Positions 38,590 through 48,821 of a DNA stretch of 64,000 nt are shown piece after piece. A model generated the notes under the pieces. That model had not been told where the DNA came from and did not search any database. It worked only from the letters and a program-made list of their open reading frames with translations. Position 1 is the first letter of the stretch. Each line of letters opens with the position of its first letter. A program made the translations under genes and the position numbers. This DNA comes from an uncultured virus (IMG/VR IMGVR_UViG_3300033121_000366) (Duplodnaviria; Heunggongvirae; Uroviricota; Caudoviricetes), in IMG/VR virus record IMGVR_UViG_3300033121_000366; one strand, 5' to 3'.

Positions 38590-39429
38590 TTAAGCGTTAG
38601 TTATGCTATTAGAAGTAGAAGGTATTGTTATGATTTCTTTATCAGTTATTATTGATCTATTTGGTATAATAGTATCATACATAGGATCTTTAAATACTCC
38701 TACAGTATTTTGACCAAAATGTCCATCAGCATCTATTGGATTATAGAAATCTTCAATTCTCTGACTCTTCAAGAAATCTAAAGATTCATCTATAACTGGT
38801 AAATATGTTTCAACCTCTAATGAGAATGGAATAGTTCTTATTGTATCATCAGCATATGAATGTTCAAATGTTCTTTCTAAACCGCCACTCTCTGGGAAAC
38901 CTGTTTGAGCTTTGATTGTAAAACCACCAAATAAAAAATAAAAAACTTGAGTTCTATAAAAAACTTCTAACATTTTTTGTACAATTTTCAAAGCATTTAA
39001 CTCACCATCTATAGTTATTTTACATTCAAATGATAAATCTAATGGTATATGATTTAATGGTGCATTGTGTGTTATTAAATTACCATCATCATTTTCTTTT
39101 CTGTATTCACCACGTTCAAATCTATTTATTAAAGATGATGTATTTATATTTATATTTGTTAATCGTATAGCACCCCTTGGTATTCTATCAGTATTGCCTT
39201 CTGTTATTTTTAAATCAATACAATCATCTAATGAATCACCAAGGTAAAAATCTTGCATAAACCTTTCATCACCAGTAAGATCGTAAAAGAATGGTATAGG
39301 TATAGTAGTATACTCTTTATCACCGGTTCTATTCCAAACACTGATTTTATTATTTAATACATTTAATAAACCAATTGCTGCTGCTCTGAAAAATACGTCA
39401 TCGAAATTATATCTATGATTGATAGCCAT
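38590..39429 (-). CDS. tail terminator/sheath stabilizer (T4 gp15-like)
   Basis: IPIPFFY, IPRG, P.DLSFE.....ALKIVQKML..FY pattern. Confidence 0.6.
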   Translation of the reverse strand: MAINHRYNFDDVFFRAAAIGLLNVLNNKISVWNRTGDKEYTTIPIPFFYDLTGDERFMQDFYLGDSLDDCIDLKITEGNTDRIPRGAIRLTNININTSSLINRFERGEYRKENDDGNLITHNAPLNHIPLDLSFECKITIDGELNALKIVQKMLEVFYRTQVFYFLFGGFTIKAQTGFPESGGLERTFEHSYADDTIRTIPFSLEVETYLPVIDESLDFLKSQRIEDFYNPIDADGHFGQNTVGVFKDPMYDTIIPNRSIITDKEIITIPSTSNSITNA

Positions 39430-39466
39430 ATTTAATATATTTTTTGTATTACATATATATTCAAAT

Positions 39467-39492
39467 AAAAAAAAGCCACTATTAGTGGCTTT
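39467..39492 (-). terminator. rho-independent terminator
   Basis: AAAGCCACT/AGTGGCTTT with T-run on minus strand. Confidence 0.85.
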
Positions 39493-39512
39493 AAATTTAA
39501 AGGAGTATTTTT

Positions 39513-39887
39513 TTAATAAAAATCAATTAAACGTTGTTTTGATACTATAACTTCTTTATAAGTATTATCATTATCATCAAAATAATTTAAAACTATTTCA
39601 TCCTTACCAACACCTATTATTTTTGCAGGCTTTTCACCATCAAAAAGATCTGCATGATAAACATATCCTTCAATTTGTTTATTTTTCTTAAAATTATCAA
39701 CTTCTTTGGATAGTGTAAATGTAGAATTTGTTTTTTCTTCTTTTTTTCTAAATAATATTTGACCATCTTCTGATTTTTCAATTGTAACAGGTATTGATAT
39801 TTGGTATAATATTTTCCAAGGACCAAATATAGAAGTATGTTCTTCTTTAGCTTTTGTACCAATTAATATTTTTTCAGGTTCACTCAT
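39513..39887 (-). CDS. hypothetical protein
   Basis: Packed ORF. Confidence 0.65.
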   Translation of the reverse strand: MSEPEKILIGTKAKEEHTSIFGPWKILYQISIPVTIEKSEDGQILFRKKEEKTNSTFTLSKEVDNFKKNKQIEGYVYHADLFDGEKPAKIIGVGKDEIVLNYFDDNDNTYKEVIVSKQRLIDFY

Positions 39888-40177
39888 AATATTTCTATAA
39901 CTTTACCATAAACTAATTTTGTCCAACCATTTATACCACCTTTATTATTACCAATTAATAAACCTCTGTCATTATTTTTAGCTTTAACTAAATGAGTTAA
40001 AAATTTTCCTTTTATTTTACAGTAGACTATATCACCTATATCGCATTCATTCCATTTAATTGGTGACAATTTGTGTTCTTGTCCTGATTTTATTAAAGGT
40101 ACCATTGAATTACCCTTTTCACTGGTAACAAATGTTTCACCATTTAATAATTTTTCATATTTGAAATTTTTATACAT
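39884..40177 (-). CDS. S24/S26 peptidase-like protein
   Basis: GNSMVPLI, GDIV, HLV, GN..G.V. Confidence 0.7.
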   Translation of the reverse strand: MYKNFKYEKLLNGETFVTSEKGNSMVPLIKSGQEHKLSPIKWNECDIGDIVYCKIKGKFLTHLVKAKNNDRGLLIGNNKGGINGWTKLVYGKVIEIL

Positions 40178-40484
40178 CTTCTTCTATTATTTGTTGTTTA
40201 GAATTATCAAAAATAGCTAAATAATCATCATCTCCAAAATCGGACGATAATTTCATCATAGTATATTCTTTACCAATAAATAAATCCGAATTTAAATCTA
40301 AATCACAACAATACATTCCATCATTCCATTCATCTAATGTAAATCCATATGTTAAAACACCACCATCTATAGACCAATAATTTTCTCTATGATCTTCTAT
40401 AATATATGTCATGTGCCTATTTGGTACATTAAAATATTTATAGATTGATTTTATTTTTTTGTAGTATTCATCTAATAGTTTCAT
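40170..40484 (-). CDS. hypothetical protein
   Basis: Packed ORF. Confidence 0.65.
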   Translation of the reverse strand: MKLLDEYYKKIKSIYKYFNVPNRHMTYIIEDHRENYWSIDGGVLTYGFTLDEWNDGMYCCDLDLNSDLFIGKEYTMMKLSSDFGDDDYLAIFDNSKQQIIEEDV

Positions 40485-40493
40485 TTTTAAATC

Positions 40494-41396
40494 CTATTCA
40501 AATTTTGCAAAAAATAATGTGGTTTCGTGTGTTTTACAAAGAAATGATTTTTTATAATTTCTTCGAAATGTAAATGCTGTCAATGCTGATCTATTAACTG
40601 TTATCAATCTATCCCATAATACAAATCCATGTTTACGTGCAGCAGTTTGAAACATATAATCCATATCAATTATACCATTTTTACCATCCCTTTTAGAACC
40701 AACGGTTATAGCTACTAAATGTATTGGAGCTTTATTTTCAGAATCATTTTCATCATTTTCATAAAATGAAGGTTTAATTAATCTATATAAATGACCAAAC
40801 ATATTATCTATTTTAGCATCAAAATCTTTAGTATTCATATATGATAAATCACCATCAACACCAGAATATTTTTCTGCATCATAGTATGGTGGACATGATA
40901 AAATCATATCAAACATATCTTTATCATTTTTATAATGTTCTAATTCTGTACCATCACCACAATGAAATGTATAATTTTCTTTTTTGAAACCATTTCTTTC
41001 TGATAATTGCTCATTAAGTCTAATTGTTTCTGGATCAATATCATAACCAACATAACGTCGTTTCATTTTTAAACACATCTGTGAACGACTTGCTCTACCA
41101 GAAAAAGGATCAAGAATTAAATCATTCTCTCTAGAATAATATTTTAAAAGAAAAACTACCTGATCTGGTATATAAATACTTTGTCTTAGTGATTGTCCAG
41201 ATAAAGAAGCTTTACTTTTCATACCTATATCACCAACAGTATTAACATCACCATCTTGAATATAAGACATTAATTCTTTACTTTTATCAAATTCCATAAC
41301 TGATGTTGGAATTTTACCAAATTCTTCTTTAAAATCAAATTTATCCTGACCTCTATCAACTTCACTAGCTTCAAATAGTGTTTTTATTTTTGACAT
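40494..41396 (-). CDS. amino-(N4C/N6A) DNA methyltransferase-like protein
   Basis: ILDPFSG, YVGYDI, SCPPYY motif IV variant. Confidence 0.8.
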   Translation of the reverse strand: MSKIKTLFEASEVDRGQDKFDFKEEFGKIPTSVMEFDKSKELMSYIQDGDVNTVGDIGMKSKASLSGQSLRQSIYIPDQVVFLLKYYSRENDLILDPFSGRASRSQMCLKMKRRYVGYDIDPETIRLNEQLSERNGFKKENYTFHCGDGTELEHYKNDKDMFDMILSCPPYYDAEKYSGVDGDLSYMNTKDFDAKIDNMFGHLYRLIKPSFYENDENDSENKAPIHLVAITVGSKRDGKNGIIDMDYMFQTAARKHGFVLWDRLITVNRSALTAFTFRRNYKKSFLCKTHETTLFFAKFE

Positions 41397-41887
41397 ATCA
41401 TTTGTTCCATTAATTTATTAGGAGTTTCTCTACCATAATATTCTGATATACTATTAGTAGAGTTGTTAAAATTTCTTAAACATGATATAAGATGTTCTGC
41501 TAATATATAATCTGGAGTATTACTTTCTGATTCTTTATTATATGAGTTTAATAATTTTATTAAATCTCTACGAAATTCTTGGTCTTTTGGTATTATATCA
41601 TCTATTATAATTCTATTTAAATTTTTTAAAGATTCTAAAACACCATCTATCACATCCGCAAATGAAATATTTTCTTCTCCAGTAAACCATCTTTCAATTA
41701 TAGTATTATTTGTATTAAAAATATTACCATCATATTCCGAATAAATTATTACAAATGTACTATAAAATTTACCAGTTGATATTTGTCTATACCACCTTTT
41801 ATATTTAACACCGTTGACAATAACACAAGATGGTAATTTATCATTACAAGCATTTTTAAATATTTCAATTAATTCTTCATCAGTCAT
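41384..41887 (-). CDS. hypothetical protein
   Basis: ORF; C-terminal ESNTPDYILA motif. Confidence 0.65.
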   Translation of the reverse strand: MTDEELIEIFKNACNDKLPSCVIVNGVKYKRWYRQISTGKFYSTFVIIYSEYDGNIFNTNNTIIERWFTGEENISFADVIDGVLESLKNLNRIIIDDIIPKDQEFRRDLIKLLNSYNKESESNTPDYILAEHLISCLRNFNNSTNSISEYYGRETPNKLMEQMICQK

Positions 41888-41888
41888 A

Positions 41889-42206
41889 TCATTTGTTCCA
41901 TTTCTTATAATTACGAACTACATTTTTGGGTACAATTTGTATATTTTCTTTAAAATCATGTATCTCTTGAATTGACAATGCTGGTCCTATTGCTATAATT
42001 CTCCAAGGTATACCATCCCAAATATCATTTATTTTAAATTCTAAAAATCCATCAGGATATACAATATGATGTTCATGAATCCATCTAGTTAAAACTGTAT
42101 TATTGGATGATATCTTACATTGCATATATTTATCAAGAGTTTTATCATCATGTATTGTAACAATAGTATAATCTGTATTTCTATATTCCGCTATACCTTT
42201 TTTCAT
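41889..42206 (-). CDS. hypothetical protein
   Basis: Packed ORF. Confidence 0.6.
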   Translation of the reverse strand: MKKGIAEYRNTDYTIVTIHDDKTLDKYMQCKISSNNTVLTRWIHEHHIVYPDGFLEFKINDIWDGIPWRIIAIGPALSIQEIHDFKENIQIVPKNVVRNYKKWNK

Positions 42207-42907
42207 TATTGTATTTGTTTTTTTCTATGGTTTACCATTTCTTTAAATTTCGGCAATACACTTAAATTTGGTTCTATATAGACTGGTTTTTTAAAAACAT
42301 CATTATCATTTACACCTTCTGATATTAAATTTACAGGAGCTATTGAAATTATACCACCAGGTATTATTTTAATATTATCAGTGGTCATATGTTTAAGTAA
42401 TAAACCATAAGTTAATATTTGTTTATTAAATTTTTCTAATTTATCTTTACCTAATTTAGAAGAAGTTTTTATATCAAAAATTTTATAAACATTTTCATCT
42501 ATTTTTGTAATTATATCAGCTGTACCGGCTATCAATAATTTCTCTGAACATAATTTTATTTCTGACCATGTATTTTCAGGATTAATACCTAAGTTTTCAA
42601 AGAATTTTGATTCTAAACATGATTCAGTTTCACCAGTTAACCATTTTTCTATACTATCATGTTTTGTTTTACCACGTGTACCAGTAGACTCCCATAATAC
42701 AACAATATCTCGTGGATCTAATCCATAATATTCAGAATTTGGATTTTTAGAAACTTTTTTAGCTATTTCATATGAATTAAATTCTTTATCAAAAGAAGAA
42801 AGCCATGTGGTGACTCCAATAACATCTTTACCATTCAAATAATATTCATGTAATTCTTCATCGAATGTTAAATTATTATTTATATAGGGAAATGTTTCTT
42901 TTTTCAA
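42206..42907 (-). CDS. PD-(D/E)xK (Cas4/RecB-like) exonuclease
   Basis: F.E..H.Y, GVTT, AGTAD, DIKT, Q...Y. Confidence 0.8.
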   Translation of the reverse strand: MKKETFPYINNNLTFDEELHEYYLNGKDVIGVTTWLSSFDKEFNSYEIAKKVSKNPNSEYYGLDPRDIVVLWESTGTRGKTKHDSIEKWLTGETESCLESKFFENLGINPENTWSEIKLCSEKLLIAGTADIITKIDENVYKIFDIKTSSKLGKDKLEKFNKQILTYGLLLKHMTTDNIKIIPGGIISIAPVNLISEGVNDNDVFKKPVYIEPNLSVLPKFKEMVNHRKKQIQ

Positions 42908-42911
42908 ATTA

Positions 42912-44582
42912 TTATTGTATTGTTATGGACGAAAATTCATTAGTCTTTTTTACTAATATAACTTTGTCAAATAAATTATTATCAAGAACAGCATGATGAA
43001 CTACAAATATATGCATTGCATGTTCAATTGCTAATTTATTTAATATTTTTAATATATGTATTGTAGAATTTGTATCTAATGATGCTAATAATTCATCTAA
43101 GAATAAAAGGTTTAAGCCTGGATATCTAGATTTCATTATTTTAATAATTGCTACTATAACTGCAAAATCTAATTTTTTATTCTCACCAGAACTTAATGTT
43201 GAATGGCTTATTTCTTTACCAAGATGTGTTATTTTAGCATTGAATTCACTATCAAATTCCAATTTAAATTCGAGACCCAATTCTTTAAGTAGTTTTTGAA
43301 TTTGAAAATTCATACTAGGTATAATGGTATTGATTGCCATCTGTTTTATACCCTTTTCACTTAATAAGTCATCTACTATCTTGTAGAATTTTTGTTTGTT
43401 TTCTATTTTACTTTTATTCTTTAAAACAACATCTAATTGTTCTTTACTATCTTCCACCAATTTATTCATTGATAATGTCTGTTTATCAATATTATCAGAA
43501 CGATCTATATTTCTTAATTCTTTTAAAAGATTATCATTTTTTAAATCTATTTTTTGAATTTTGGAACGTATATTTTCCTGTTTTTCTCTTAATTCATCTC
43601 TTTGTTTATTTTCTTCTTTTAATTCTGCTTGTAATTCTGAATTAATGAATGATGCGTTATCATAATTTTTTTGATATTCGTGCAATATTGAAATGTGTTC
43701 ATCATCTTGTAGTGGAGTACCACATTCAGGACATTTTTCTTGCTTAAATAAATGTATTTTATCTTCTAATTTACTAATATTTATATTATTAGATTGTATC
43801 TTTTTTTGAAGATCTTTTATAGAAGAATTTCTTTGTGTAAGAATATCATTTAAATCTTGGAGTTCGGATGATACATCAAGTTTAAGTTTTTTTAATTTTT
43901 CTATATTTTTTTGTATTTCTTCTTTTTTAGAAGAAGTATCATTTATAATATTTTCCGATAATTTTTCTAATTCTTGAGTTGCTCTATCTATTTGTTCTGT
44001 TAAAATAAAAGTCTTAGTAGTTAAATCTTTGCTAGAATCTTTTATCTCTTTTATATCAATTTTTAATAAATTATACATATCATTTATAATGGATAGACCA
44101 AAAATCTTATCTATTATATCTATTTTATCTTTATTAGACATCTTAATAAAAGATTTGAAATCATTTATTGATAATGTTATAATATTATTAAAAAGATGAT
44201 ATGGTATTTTTATCCATTCATTTTCAATATATTCTTGTATACTTAATTTACCAGCTTTATCACTGACATCAAAGTCACCATTTATGGCTACTCTAAAATA
44301 ATTTGGCGAAAGTCCACGTTGTATAGTTAAAATATGGTTATTTATTTCTAATTCTATTTCACCTTCACATTTTTCATTTAATCTATTTGGTATATCTTTC
44401 AATTTCTTATTTGATATTTTACCATAAATTAAAAATTGAAACATCTCAAATATAGTACTTTTACCATGACCATTACCACCAGCTATCAATGTAGTACTAT
44501 TAGTTACAGTTGTAAAATCTAATTCTAACCATTCATTACCATATGAACCAAAATTTCTAACCTTAGCTTTTAGTATTTTCAT
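42912..44582 (-). CDS. gp46: recombination nuclease ATPase subunit (gp46/Rad50/SbcC-like)
   Basis: GGNGHGKS, CPEC hook, LSSGE, LFLDE. Confidence 0.95.
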   Translation of the reverse strand: MKILKAKVRNFGSYGNEWLELDFTTVTNSTTLIAGGNGHGKSTIFEMFQFLIYGKISNKKLKDIPNRLNEKCEGEIELEINNHILTIQRGLSPNYFRVAINGDFDVSDKAGKLSIQEYIENEWIKIPYHLFNNIITLSINDFKSFIKMSNKDKIDIIDKIFGLSIINDMYNLLKIDIKEIKDSSKDLTTKTFILTEQIDRATQELEKLSENIINDTSSKKEEIQKNIEKLKKLKLDVSSELQDLNDILTQRNSSIKDLQKKIQSNNINISKLEDKIHLFKQEKCPECGTPLQDDEHISILHEYQKNYDNASFINSELQAELKEENKQRDELREKQENIRSKIQKIDLKNDNLLKELRNIDRSDNIDKQTLSMNKLVEDSKEQLDVVLKNKSKIENKQKFYKIVDDLLSEKGIKQMAINTIIPSMNFQIQKLLKELGLEFKLEFDSEFNAKITHLGKEISHSTLSSGENKKLDFAVIVAIIKIMKSRYPGLNLLFLDELLASLDTNSTIHILKILNKLAIEHAMHIFVVHHAVLDNNLFDKVILVKKTNEFSSITIQ

Positions 44583-44595
44583 TTATTTTTCCTTA

Positions 44596-45678
44596 TTACT
44601 CTTCCTCTTCTACATTAACTACTTTATTATACAAATATTGAACTTTTTGTTTAAGTAGATTTTTCATCTTATCACTAAAGTCTAAATTATCAACATACCT
44701 ATTAGAAAAATCTATAATGTCAAAATTTATCAATTCACTTTCATTTGTTATATTAGTAACATCTATATCAGTATCAGTATTATCCAATATTATATTTAAC
44801 TGTCTATGCTCCTTAGAAAGTTCTATTAGTTGGTTCAATGGTATAGACGTACTTTGTTCTGTAGTGACTATAATGTCTACAAAGTTGTTTTTCGTCAAGC
44901 CTTGAAACTCCTCAAGCGTTTTTTCAAGCAATAAAGAGAGTTTAAACTTCAAAAAACGTGGACTATATGTATTTTCTATGAACTTTAAATCATTTGAGTT
45001 TGGATCAAATAAATAAACACCTTTAGAATTTCCAGAGTCCCCTCTGGTTAAAGGAATTATAGATCCTATCAAATTAATATTATTTTTATTTTGTCTCCAG
45101 TGTATGTGACCACCAAATACTCTAATATATTTAGAGAATACATTAACATCATTACCATCTAAAACAGATGTATGACCATTAAATTTGAATCCACATATAT
45201 CTAAATGACAAAATAAATAATCACTATTATTATTTAATATAGTATCACGTTCTACTTCATGATTAGCTCTCCACGGTAACATAAATAATGTTTTACCATT
45301 ATCTAATGTTATTATTTCTGGCTCTTTTATAATTTTTATATTACTTATATAATTTAACACCTTTAAAGAATTTATATCATTAGTTGAACGATTATAAATA
45401 TCATGATTTCCTAATATTATATAAATTGGTAATATTTTTGCCATTTCTTCAAAAATAGCTATCATATCATTTAAAACTAAAATTGATAAATTTTGTCTAT
45501 TATCAAAAATATCACCTAATATAAATAATACATCATCATCTTGTTTTTTATTTTTAATTAAAGGTATAAACCAATTATTAAAATAATCTTTTTGAATTTG
45601 CAACCATTCCATGCTATTTGAACGAACACCAGCATGTACATCTGAAATTAAAAAAATACGAGAACATTTTATATTCAT
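44596..45678 (-). CDS. gp47: recombination nuclease subunit (gp47/Mre11/SbcD-like)
   Basis: SDVH, GDIFD, GNHD, GHIH. Confidence 0.95.
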   Translation of the reverse strand: MNIKCSRIFLISDVHAGVRSNSMEWLQIQKDYFNNWFIPLIKNKKQDDDVLFILGDIFDNRQNLSILVLNDMIAIFEEMAKILPIYIILGNHDIYNRSTNDINSLKVLNYISNIKIIKEPEIITLDNGKTLFMLPWRANHEVERDTILNNNSDYLFCHLDICGFKFNGHTSVLDGNDVNVFSKYIRVFGGHIHWRQNKNNINLIGSIIPLTRGDSGNSKGVYLFDPNSNDLKFIENTYSPRFLKFKLSLLLEKTLEEFQGLTKNNFVDIIVTTEQSTSIPLNQLIELSKEHRQLNIILDNTDTDIDVTNITNESELINFDIIDFSNRYVDNLDFSDKMKNLLKQKVQYLYNKVVNVEEEE

Positions 45679-46589
45679 AAATTTTTTATTCCTAGCAATT
45701 TATAATCTTTGAATTTCTTTTTTTGAAAAAATGCTAATGAACATTCCAAAGTTTCCATTACCTTTTTTCTAGAAATTATTTCTATAATATTATTATCAGG
45801 AGTTTGTATGATATAAATTTTTGATAATTTATCAATTTTTTGTTGTTTTCTTTTATTAGCATATTCTATACCATATTTTTCTATCCACACATCAAATGAA
45901 TTTTTACCATACATTGCATTATTTTCACCACTATTTTTTTCAGAATTTATTCGTCTCATCTCTTTAGTATTTTTCTTACCATACATTGGATTATTAATAC
46001 CACTTACATTTGAATGATTTTTTGAAATATTATTTTTATGTTCTTCTGAAAGTTTTTTTCCAATTTTTGATAAACTTATATTTTTCTTTCTTTCTTCTGA
46101 AAAAATCACACCTTTATTAGCTTCACTTATTAGTTTTTTTGTTTCATACGACATTGGACCTTTCATTTTTTCTAATTGTTCTTCTGTATATACACCTGTT
46201 CGACCTTTATTCCATGGTATATTATTTAATTTACTTTCATGATTTGCAGTTTTTAAAAATGAATATTCTTTAGATCCTTTAATTTTATACCTTTGTTTTG
46301 ATTTGCCAGGATTATTCATCATAGTAAATGCATGACACATTTTTTTAGTATTTTCATTATAGGTTCCATATTTACTCCTTAATCCCCACCAAAGTAATAA
46401 ATGAACTATGTAGTGTTCTTTGGCAGTAAGTTTGACTAAATATTTATTTTGACCATAAATAGACTTTGGATAAATATGGTGTTTTTCTACATAAGTATCA
46501 GGAGAAAGAACTCTATCTTTAGCTCTATTACAAATGGACCAATACCATTTAAAATATTTGTTACCTTCTAATAAATCTTGTTCTATCAT
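45675..46589 (-). CDS. HNH homing endonuclease (Mob-like) with NUMOD3 repeats
   Basis: EKHHIYPKS..LV.LTAKEHYIVHLLL; NPMYGK repeats. Confidence 0.85.
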   Translation of the reverse strand: MIEQDLLEGNKYFKWYWSICNRAKDRVLSPDTYVEKHHIYPKSIYGQNKYLVKLTAKEHYIVHLLLWWGLRSKYGTYNENTKKMCHAFTMMNNPGKSKQRYKIKGSKEYSFLKTANHESKLNNIPWNKGRTGVYTEEQLEKMKGPMSYETKKLISEANKGVIFSEERKKNISLSKIGKKLSEEHKNNISKNHSNVSGINNPMYGKKNTKEMRRINSEKNSGENNAMYGKNSFDVWIEKYGIEYANKRKQQKIDKLSKIYIIQTPDNNIIEIISRKKVMETLECSLAFFQKKKFKDYKLLGIKNL

Positions 46590-46591
46590 AT

Positions 46592-46993
46592 TTAATCACA
46601 AATAAACCAATCGAATTCTAAAGTTTCTGGTAAAAGTATTTCTTTATTTTTTTCATTTTCTAATTCGTATTTTTTCCAAATATCCAAAACAACCTCAAAT
46701 AAACAACCTATTGCATTTTTAAAATTATTAGTTTCGGTTAAATTATTTAATTCTATATAATCTAATTTTGTAACATTTAAATATTTTTTATAATTAAATA
46801 ATGGAAATGTTATAGCTATTATACTTTTATTATTAATTTCATCATTTTTAATTAAAAATCCCAATTCATATTCTTTAGTTATTTTATAAATAACATTATC
46901 TTTTTTTTCATGTTTTGTGAAAAATTCACCTATAATAAATGGCAATTCAATACCATATAAAATAGTGTGTGGATATGTTCTATTTTGTTCCAT
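46592..46993 (-). CDS. hypothetical protein
   Basis: Packed ORF. Confidence 0.6.
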   Translation of the reverse strand: MEQNRTYPHTILYGIELPFIIGEFFTKHEKKDNVIYKITKEYELGFLIKNDEINNKSIIAITFPLFNYKKYLNVTKLDYIELNNLTETNNFKNAIGCLFEVVLDIWKKYELENEKNKEILLPETLEFDWFICD

Positions 46994-46996
46994 TTT

Positions 46997-47221
46997 TTAA
47001 AAGTAATTTTGGTTTAATTTTGCTACATATATATCATATGGATACATTGTATTATATTGCAATGTTGTTGGTAAATTTGATCTTTGTTCTTTGCATGGAA
47101 TTTGTATCAAATTACCATTTGTTTTAATTTTTTCAGTTAGAATATAATCAATACCTTCTACTTTAAAAACTTGACCAATTATTAATTGATCTGGTTTCGT
47201 ATTATAAAATTTATCATTCAT
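46997..47221 (-). CDS. hypothetical protein
   Basis: Packed ORF. Confidence 0.6.
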   Translation of the reverse strand: MNDKFYNTKPDQLIIGQVFKVEGIDYILTEKIKTNGNLIQIPCKEQRSNLPTTLQYNTMYPYDIYVAKLNQNYF

Positions 47222-47423
47222 CTTTTTTTGTGTTTTTTAATTCTTCATTAAATTCTCTGGCATAATCTACAAATTCTTGTTCATATTTAATAGTCAAAAA
47301 ATTACCTAACATTTGTATGGCTAAATCTTGACCTTTAACATAATCGAATAACGCTTTAACTGTTGAACCTAATGTATTTATATGTTCTGCTAAATCATGT
47401 ATAACTTGATCTTCATCATTCAT
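47214..47423 (-). CDS. hypothetical protein
   Basis: Packed ORF. Confidence 0.6.
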   Translation of the reverse strand: MNDEDQVIHDLAEHINTLGSTVKALFDYVKGQDLAIQMLGNFLTIKYEQEFVDYAREFNEELKNTKKDE

Positions 47424-47820
47424 TTTTGTGTCTCCCTAATTGTTCTAAATTATAAATTAACATATCATCACTATTAACTGGTATGAAAAATTGAACTATA
47501 CCTTTTGATGCTAGTCTTAATTGACCTAAAACTTTTCCTTGAAAAATTACACCACTTTTACTTTCGTTTAGAATTGGAGTTGTTATAATAGTAGTTTTTT
47601 GGAAAATTAAACTATCTTTTGCTATTATTTGGTAATCATTTCCAGCAACTAATGATAATGGTGAAAGTCTCCTTAAAACAATATCATTATAAATACCTTC
47701 TCTTATATTTACTATACCATTAATGATATTAATATCAACCTCTTCATCTGAAATAGTTAAATTATATAGATGTTGTGGATTATCTATTTTTATTTGGTAT
47801 ACTTTATCTTTATTTATCAT
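47416..47820 (-). CDS. hypothetical protein
   Basis: Packed ORF. Confidence 0.6.
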   Translation of the reverse strand: MINKDKVYQIKIDNPQHLYNLTISDEEVDINIINGIVNIREGIYNDIVLRRLSPLSLVAGNDYQIIAKDSLIFQKTTIITTPILNESKSGVIFQGKVLGQLRLASKGIVQFFIPVNSDDMLIYNLEQLGRHKNE

Positions 47821-47824
47821 TGTT

Positions 47825-48172
47825 TTAAATATTTACATGAATATAATTTTCATTATTAATAGTATCATATTCCATAATTTTTAATGTATCCTCGTGTACA
47901 AAATTTATTACATTATATTGATTTGTTATAGTTTTATAATTATTCTCATCTTGTTGATTTATATTAAAAAAAATATCAAATGCATCATATGTAAATGTAG
48001 CTTCTAAATTTAAATCATTATTAGAATTTACATTTTTTGATAAATTTAAAATATCATTAAAAAATAATATTTTTAAATTTAAAAATTGATAAGATATATA
48101 AATGTCACCATTCAAATCATGCAATGCAATACCAATACCAGGCAAAATTATTTTTGAATATTTCAATATCAA
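47825..48172 (-). CDS. hypothetical protein (start uncertain)
   Basis: ORF with TTG start. Confidence 0.45.
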   Translation of the reverse strand: MILKYSKIILPGIGIALHDLNGDIYISYQFLNLKILFFNDILNLSKNVNSNNDLNLEATFTYDAFDIFFNINQQDENNYKTITNQYNVINFVHEDTLKIMEYDTINNENYIHVNI

Positions 48173-48295
48173 TTGAACATGTTTCTATATTTTTTTTAAA
48201 TAAATCGCATGTTGTTTTATTAAAATATTTATTATCAAATATTTTAACATGAAATAAACTTATATCTACATTTTCATATTTTTCTTTTTTCATAT

Positions 48296-48808
48296 TTAGA
48301 ATAATTTTATAATATTATCATTTTTTAATCTTTTATGATCTTTATTTAATTCTTGTATCAGTTGTATTTTAAATTCTGTTGGTATAACATCATATAATAT
48401 TTTATAATTAGCACTTAAAAAATTTGCTATACCTATAAATATTTCTACATTGGTTATGGTGGGATCTAATATCTGTAATTTTATATATGAAAAAATTTCA
48501 GAAAGCTCTTGTTTTGGTATATTCTTTTTAATATTATTAGAATAATATTTTTGCCAATATGTACCATTATAAATTTCTTCTATCATATCATTCAATGCTA
48601 TGTTTCTATATTCATCATAAGAATTATATTTTTCTGATGACTGAGAACCATACCATGAATCATCAACTTTAATAGATTTAAAGGATTCATATTCTATTTC
48701 TCCTCTATTTAAAGTGTTATCTAATATCTTATCATTACCATTTCTATTTCTTTGACGTTTTATTGATTTTTTTAATTCGTCAATTTCTTCTTTTGTAAAT
48801 ATTATCAT
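48296..48808 (-). CDS. hypothetical protein
   Basis: ORF immediately downstream of helicase. Confidence 0.7.
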   Translation of the reverse strand: MIIFTKEEIDELKKSIKRQRNRNGNDKILDNTLNRGEIEYESFKSIKVDDSWYGSQSSEKYNSYDEYRNIALNDMIEEIYNGTYWQKYYSNNIKKNIPKQELSEIFSYIKLQILDPTITNVEIFIGIANFLSANYKILYDVIPTEFKIQLIQELNKDHKRLKNDNIIKLF

Positions 48809-48821
48809 AAAGGTATTTTTT

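Noticed and set aside
42206..42907. Cas4-like nuclease as sign of a CRISPR-Cas locus
   Set aside because: No repeat-spacer array or other cas genes seen; stand-alone nucleases of this type are common in phages
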